A stretch of DNA of 55,399 bases, counting the filler, from Sphacelaria rigidula (taxonomy: Eukaryota): the NCBI GenBank assembly GCA_964200075.2. It is 5 parts of 5 records of this genome, joined end to end, with 100 filler letters (N's around TTAATTAATTAA, not from the genome) between each part and the next. Parts side by side here need not be neighbours in the genome. Positions count along the whole stretch, not along the records: positions 44,402 to 55,399 come from CAXNAA020005554.1; 4 more parts are not named here. One strand, written 5' to 3'. Shown one piece after another: positions 48,581-55,399 of the stretch (position 1 is its first letter; every line of letters starts with the position of its first letter). The position numbers were made by a program, and so were the translations under genes. The notes beneath the pieces were generated by a model. That model saw only the letters and a program-made list of their open reading frames with translations. It searched no databases and was not told where the DNA came from.

Positions 48581-50090
48581 GTAATCTTTGAAGACACGAA
48601 TAGAGACTACTTGTAGTGTCGACTGCCAGTTTTCCTTCCTCTGGTGGAATGCTCCAGGTTGTCTCCGTCACGGAACATATCAGCTAGCTGAAGAGGTTTG
48701 TCACGAAACTCAGTCTAATCGGAATGAATTTTCATCATTATACGTCGTAGTTTACCGAAGCGAACACTAGGGTAACCTTTTATTACATGTTATTTCGAGG
48801 AATCATATCTCATGAAAAGATATGTACGTACCGGGAGAATGTAACAGGTTTAACGGCATGCTCTTGACGTTCCCACCCGGCGCTTAGTATCAGCTCCTTT
48901 TGTTGAGAATGTAGCAAGACACGCCCACGCGTAGCTGCGAAAGCTGGAGCTGGTGGCGATTAAGTCGACTTCGCACACATGCTCTTTCGGAGATAGGAAG
49001 GGGGGGGGGGGTCGAAAAGTACCGCTTGAGGTTAAGGCAAGCTCGAGAACAATGAACTGTGCGGAGTTCAGAGACCAGAGAATACGAGTGGTGGAGTTGC
49101 GCAACGGTCTCATATGCTTCTGACGGTCCCGTGACATGACCCACGGTACGGTATCAGTCGAACCGAACCTCTCGTGATACACGTTCAACGATTCCTAGAC
49201 ATGGTCTATATCCGAAATTATTCTTTTACTCACCAGAGGAGAAGCTGTGCAGTTATCGCCTGTCCCCACATCACGTTCCATATTGTCAAACTTTGACAAT
49301 ACAAGCTGCAGTGACTCCCTTCTCAACATTTCGACTCAACGCGACTCATCAAAATGCATGAAAAACAAGTGTCCAATAACACATTTTCGAAGCGCACATA
49401 AGGGCGTTCCTCTCTGGGGAGGAACGCCTCTTCGTATGTACACCGTTGTGCTAAATTTGTGTAAATAAAGAAAACATCATACTCGTATTCCACGCCAGTA
49501 TAATCCGCCTCCAACTCTCCGGCAACACCAACGATCCTAAGCTCCTGCCAGACTTGGAAACGCTTGATTCACTATAATGAACTTACGATGCCTATGCTTG
49601 TTGAGGTACGCGGTCCCAAAGTTGGCAGGTTGGTCCCTGGTCTTGGTTGGGTGAATGCTGATATTTCTCTCATTAACTAGCCCCTCGATGAAAAATGCCG
49701 TCGAGCTACGTACTTGACTCGCCAGCTCTAGGTCGGGCTGCAGGCGACGTGAAGGGTCGAGTTGATGTCTATTCCAAGGGGAACGGTGTCCAACCACCGG
49801 CCGAACCCGAGCTCACGCATCATGTTCGAGTAGAACACTGCTTCTCGCATGGTATTTTCTGCGGTCACGAGGTCTGCCTTTATGGTGGATTGCGAGAGTA
49901 GTTCTTGTTACTCTACTTCGAAGCTGTGACCCTGATTCGAAGCTGACCAGGCCATTCGAGAGGAAGGCAAGGTATGAAGAAGAAGGGAGATGTGCCCCGC
50001 TCCGCCCACTCTGGATATCCGCTCCGTTCAACTCCAATCCTGATCTGCTGCGTTTGAAAAATAAATCCGCGGTTTATTTTTTGGGATGTT

Positions 50091-50330
50091 TTGGAAACTG
50101 CGATGGAACCTGCTCTGGCCATCAACGAGAACCCGCTCAAGTGGTGGGAGCTGAATGCGCTCAAATACCCATTCATTGCGCATGTAGCTCGGCTGTTCCG
50201 GCATCGTCAGGTGCCTCAGAGCGGGTGTTCTCGCAGAGTGGACTTCTTATGCACAAAACTAAACAGGCCCAAGTCGGGACGACTTGAGACGCTGATGTTT
50301 CGAAAGGGTACTGGGGAGGCGGCTGAGAAG
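50091..50330 (+). pseudogene. hAT transposase C-terminal dimerisation domain remnant
   Basis: Across frameshifts: EPALAINENPLKWWELNALKYPFIAHVAR / AVPASSGASERVFSQSGLL / RLETLMF, matching the Dimer_Tnp_hAT pattern (PL.WW...YP.LA..AR...PASS..SERVFS). Confidence 0.85.
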
Positions 50331-51499
50331 ATGACTCGATCAGCACTCAATTGAAAAGAAACCGACAGAGTCGTTGCCCCCAGTAGTTTGTCGTGAGACC
50401 GTAAATTGTGTTCTGGCGGAAATAGACGGAGCAGCCGATGCACTTGATTATGGAGCACATGACATCTGTGCTGTGTTTGTACTGGCCTTGCGAAAGTTGG
50501 ATGTTGTGGTCGGACTTGCTTTTTCCGGTTTGCCGTCGGAAATACGTTCAATCTTGCACATCGCTGGCACAATACGTGGATAACGACGACAGCCTTTTTC
50601 ACTTCAATCTCCACATGATTTGTGTATCTGACTCGTGACACGTGATTCAAGGCTCCACTACCCCTTCCAGATTGCGCAACATGTGTGTGGGAGAGTTGAA
50701 AAGTATCCATATCTCGTCTTTCTCGAAATCTGTCTGCGAATCGGATATACAAATGAGGGGCATACATATGAGGATATGCTGCCGAAAATCCGAAATTCGC
50801 TCCTTTTGAAAAATTCAAACGGGGCACATCTCTACTATTTAGGTGCCATTTTGACACGGGCTTCTTCAATTCCAATTTTCAGACGAGCGAGGTTAGAGTT
50901 CGTCTGCCAGTAATCCAGAATTTAGTTCACCGCTATTGCAAGCACTGCATGGATGCTCTGAAGCCACCAGACCGCAGCGGACATCCTTCTGTGGCAGTCC
51001 TCGAATACGTTTCCCCATCCGAGCACTGCTTTTCGCCCCTTGTAGAATCCATTCATCTCGACCATATCGACATACCGAAAGCCCGTGATATGGTTTCAGG
51101 TCGGGACGGAGGTTGCCTCCCAGCGTGCGGTGGCCGGCGGTATCACGGTCTCTTCGAAAGTCTTCATATGCTCTCCGGTTTTTCTCCCCCGCCGAACAGT
51201 TTTGGACGTCGGCGTGGCATAGGCATGCTTTACAGCGGACTCCACCTCATATGCTTGTTGGTGCACGGCATCGAGTAGGAGCGCACTGGTGCAGCGTCCC
51301 AGCCGCTGACGCTTCGATAACATATTTGAGATGGCGATCGCTTCGAGAAAAATTAAGCTTGCCTTTGTTTTCGCGCGTACCTGGGGGAGCGCGCTGTGCT
51401 GACTTCACGAGTCACCGCCTTAGGCACTTGGTGACGCGAGTGACGATGATGGTGGGAGGCCGACGATCGGGCTGGAGGTGCCTTCACGAGGTCGCCACC

Positions 51500-53550
51500 C
51501 TGTGACATAGATTATTCTGGCTGTTCAAAAACTCCACCATCTAGAGATATCAAGGGCTTCTCGAGCGATTCGTCGCCCCCCGAAAATCCTGCTAGCCGCC
51601 TCCCCGGGGGTAGGACGCCCTCGCGCAGCATGTGCCACCTGGTGATATCGCTAGTCCGCCGCAGGAGATCAGAAACTTGGAGAAATTTCGAAAATCCGTT
51701 GGTTGTGACATGGTCGGTAGTGACGTTAGAGAGATAATGCAAAACCGGAGGGTGAGCGCGAATATCGTACAGGAAGTGGTCGTCTGTGGCGTAGGTATGA
51801 CCCCTGCAATCGTTAGGTCTGCTCATCGCTGGAAGGGGGGTCGTTGCGTCAGAGGCGGAGGCTCTCCCTACAACGAAGCAAGTAGGGATGACGGCGCCTC
51901 GATATGATCATGCTTCAATGTACGGAGTATGTCCCGGGTTGTGAACACGGTCACTGCTGCTGCCGCTGCTTCAACCAACCAATCACCCTCTGACTGGCTT
52001 GGGTGTAAGTTTTGTGGTACACCTCTTCATCTGAGGCCCCCGCCCCGCAGGCACGCAGATTCCACGATCTGGCTCCGTTCCCTTCAGCACGAAGAACGCG
52101 GATTTCACGCTGAGTCAGGAATGGTACGTCCTTTCTCCCGGATATACTGCCGTGGACATCAACTCCCTCAGGAAGTCATTGGTAGTCCGCCGTAGGAAAG
52201 TAGCGTGGCCGCGACCGTCCTTCCGAAGCGCTTTGACCTGCCGACTTGCCGATGATGGCATCGTTCCAATGGTATGCCGATGCCTCGATATTCGCCATAA
52301 CGATGACGGAACTGTTGTTGCTGCCGTTCCACTATTCAGTGACTGACTCCGCTGAGGGAGACAACCCGTTTTCCACGTTTGTGATGCATGACATTTCAGG
52401 CCGTTCGATAGTGTCGTGGTTCGATATCATTCGATGATACATGGAACTCCCGGAAGTCGCCCCCATCAAATGTAGCATGGCTTCCTTGGCTCAAGCACGG
52501 ACCAACGCGTCTAGTGCCTGGCTGGTCGCTCGTCGCCGTCTGTTGACCATGCCCCGAAGCCTCAGAGTCTCGACTGGTTCCCCTCAAAATAACCCATCAG
52601 TCTCCCTACCGTTGGCGCCATCGAGCTATCTTGACAACCCGCTACTGTCAAACAAGGCAACCGGTGCGTCTGTCCGAGCGAATGGCCAGAGACCCTTTGC
52701 TTCGGCTGGATCGTTCCTGCTTGGTGCTTCCATAGCGGCGAGCGATATGCCTGTCCCCATGAAGTCATATTCCGGCGTAGGGTCGCTTGCGCCGCGGACG
52801 GCGGGGTAGCCTGATCACTGGCTGGCGCAGTTTGAGCGAAAGATGTTGCTCCTCTGCTCGCTTGCGTAGAGAACGGCGAAGTAGCCGTGCCACTAGCTAG
52901 TTCATTTTACGCTGCCATTTTTTGCTCATCTGCTTCTGCGGGATACGGCTTGCGATCTCCCCCTTTCGTCTCTTGATGGACAGCTTTCCGGTCGAAGTAG
53001 TCTCTCTTACGGTGGCCCGGCTCTGGCAATGAGGATAGGGCTTTCGCAATAGGGATACTTTTTGCCATTTGTGTCTCCCCCGCTTATCGGCATGACGACA
53101 TAGCGTTCTGCGACCGAGTTTGAGTTGCTTGGGTGGGGAAGATAGTATGTCCGAGGTATATATCATGTATCGCATTTCCTGGACATTGCAGTTCCGGCTC
53201 TAGCTCGCAGTACGAACCCTCTTATACTTGGTAGGAAGAGCTCGAAGGATGACGTCCTCGCCCCACTCATCAGGAATGACCTGATCCATGCCTTCCAGAC
53301 GGATGTGATAGCCGTCCCGGATATAGAGAGCGTCGTCGGGATCATCTCAGGACTGTGATCTTGATGTTGAGTAACCGTTCGTAGTTCTCGACCTTGCTTC
53401 CTTCTTGTGTCTGATATCCTTTGATTATGGTGCCCGCTACGCCGTAATCAACTCCTCCTGTGTCGGCTCTTAATGATCATGTACCCTACTTTGTCCAAGC
53501 CGCGACGCACGGCTAGGCAGTGCGCCCTCATGAAAATCGCGCGCGCTACT
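51500..53550 (-). mobile_element. Possible highly decayed LINE (endonuclease and RT start)
   Basis: Weak recalled similarity only: GGVDYGVAGTIIK...VENYERLLNIKI (APE-like) near 53360-53470 and HWNDAII near 52250-52275; many stops. Confidence 0.3.
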
Positions 53551-54049
53551 TCGTTTTGAAACCTCTACTGTGCTAGATGCAAACTGATATAGAGACACCC
53601 CCGAGACGTTGTACACCCTACTCGCTCAGGCCGCGATGCATTGCTGCAGTGTTGAACGCGCAATAGTGTAGTACCGCCCTCGCGCAAATCACGCGCCCTG
53701 CTTCGTTCAGGTCACAAGGCACTGCTGTATGGTGCTGGCTGGGCGCACACTGATTTGCCGTCCTTCTCAGAAGCACGCACCCTCACTTCCGTTCCGGCCG
53801 CAACGCACGGATGTGGTGCTGGGAGCACACCAATGTAGTGCTGCCCCACTTTTTACTCATCTCACTCTTGTTCCTACGCAAAGATCCACCGCTGATCCCG
53901 ACAGCTGCTTCTCTAAGCTCCGAGATCCCTCACAATGGAGAGTAACGAAACACGCTCCGCGCTGAAAGACGAGGCCCAATAACCTTTTAAGAATGCCGTG
54001 AGACACGCCCACGGGTAAGGCTACAAATGTTAGTGCTGGTAGAAATATA

Positions 54050-54800
54050 GCCAACCTAGCGACTGAGCAGGCAAAGATAATGTCGTCCATCGTCGAGATT
54101 TATATGGTGCTTGTTCTCGTCGTGGAGAAAAAGAAGACTCTAACCATGCACATGCGCCGCCTAAGCGTGAAGGCGGGTGTGATCAAGCAGGAGGCGGCAG
54201 GCCAATCGTTCAAGTAACTTGGGCCTTTCGTCCATCTCGGCGGCACCATCAACATCGTCGGTGATGTCACTCCTGAGCTCAACCGCAGCAATGGCCAAGC
54301 CTGGGAGTGCGTCAAGTACAAGCTGTCCGACTGCGTGACCTGGACGCTCGCACTCCACGAGTTCGGCACGTTGCGGCAAGCCGACAACGGGTTCCTGCTG
54401 AGGTGCCTCAGCGAGCATGCCTGAACCCGCAGCACCCCCGACTACCATATGCTGTCTTACCGCGGGGCCCTCGAGAGGATGTGCTGAGATTGCATCGAGA
54501 CTACCTTCATGAGGCAAATCCTACTATACGACGGCCGCATCGCGAGCATACACGACGAGCACTCCCCCAACATCGTCATCGCCATCCGTGGAGGAATGGT
54601 CGGGGGGAAGGTGAAGCTAGGCCTACCCGCGAAAAGATTGTAACACCGTGCCCCTGAGTACTGTACCACCTTCGGAATAGATACGACATGATGGACCAAG
54701 GTGTTTCCGGGTGGTGGCAGATCGTGGAGTAAGGGGCTAGAAGTCCATGGCAGGGTGGACCAATGCACACCATGCGAAACAAAGTGTTACTGTACTCGCT
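54050..54800 (+). mobile_element. Decayed LINE (RTE-like) ORF2 C-terminal fragment
   Basis: Fragments KKTLTMHM...EAAGQSFK*LGPFVHLGGTI...ELNR...AW, CVTWTL...LRQ...LLRCL, DYHMLSYRGALE...IETT and GWWQIVE*GA resemble the post-RT region of RTE-type ORF2; stops and deletions present. Confidence 0.7.
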
Positions 54801-55336
54801 CGTGCGTCTGATGTCTTTCGGGAAACTTTGATGTTCTCTCTGCGGGTACCTCAGGATGTTGTGTGACTCTCGCTTGCTATCTATTTCCTTTACTATATCG
54901 GCAGATCTGATTCATTTTCTCATCACGCCCCAACCAACTCGGGGGAGTTCTTGGCATCTTTCTTTTTGTTGTAGTGTATATATTTTTTCTGACTTCTGTC
55001 TCAGACGAAACCGCTCGATAAGCACTTCTACCTCATGTAAAGGAACAGTAGTGGCGGTAGTGAGAAGGGCAGCCTACGTCTGTGACCACGGGTTGGAGAG
55101 ATCGGAAGAGGAGCATAAAAAAAACAAGGATGGTGATGATACGAAGAAGCGGAAGAAGGAACGCATCTCCGGTGCTGCAGTTTTTTACGGTCCCGAAGCA
55201 GTCTATTTCCGATATTTTACTCATTCTCTCAAAAAAGAAGCTGTGTAATTTTCGTCTCATCTTTCATAGCATATCATTTGAAGCGGGGATAGCATGAGCC
55301 GCAAATACCCATTTCTAAACGAGCCACTCTACGATA

Positions 55337-55399
55337 GGGGGTGTACTCATGATCATGTATGCCATAGTCATAAGACCATTGACCTCGCATCCCTACAAT
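55337..55399 (-). repeat. MITE family C, right end, at the contig end
   Basis: TA|GGGGGTGTACTCATGATCATGTATGCCATAGTCATAAGACCATTGACCTCGCATCCCTACAAT. Confidence 0.9.

Noticed and set aside
61..55297. Most short ORFs in the supplied six-frame track
   Set aside because: They are shadow or chance ORFs over introns and repeats, many starting at GTG or TTG, with no motifs or splice support.
44402..55399. Contig 5 starts and ends with inverted copies of the same 60 bp, resembling an 11-kb TIR element or linear replicon
   Set aside because: Both are family C right ends whose termini face into the contig, so the elements lie outside it. These are assembly breaks in a high-copy repeat.

Overview
This is eukaryotic, intron- and repeat-rich genomic DNA. 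Gene structure and repeat families suggest a stramenopile, probably a brown alga; that taxon is an inference. The window is not contiguous: five contigs of decreasing length (1-11003, 11104-22103, 22204-33203, 33304-44301, 44402-55399) are joined by identical 100-nt N44-TTAATTAATTAA-N44 spacers, so nothing can be inferred from neighbourhood across spacers. Contig 1 holds a decayed, near full-length Ty1/copia retrotransposon and two further LTR-like segments. Contig 2 holds a complete 7-exon METTL6/METTL2-type tRNA m3C methyltransferase gene, with a GC-AG intron and a 1.15-kb intronic foldback. Contig 3 holds a 5'-incomplete minus-strand class I SAM methyltransferase (Methyltransf_24-like). Contig 4 holds internal exons of mevalonate kinase, whose last exon I could not find, plus a convergent coiled-coil gene and several MITEs. 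Contig 5 holds a multi-exon hypothetical gene, a hAT transposase remnant and LINE remnants. I found no convincing new multi-gene system. The most interesting signals are a GGGG-ended MITE family whose right end repeatedly lies about 55-80 nt from exon boundaries, a nested palindrome built from two right ends of that MITE, a 98-bp TTAA-flanked mini-MITE, and the missing MVK terminal exon.
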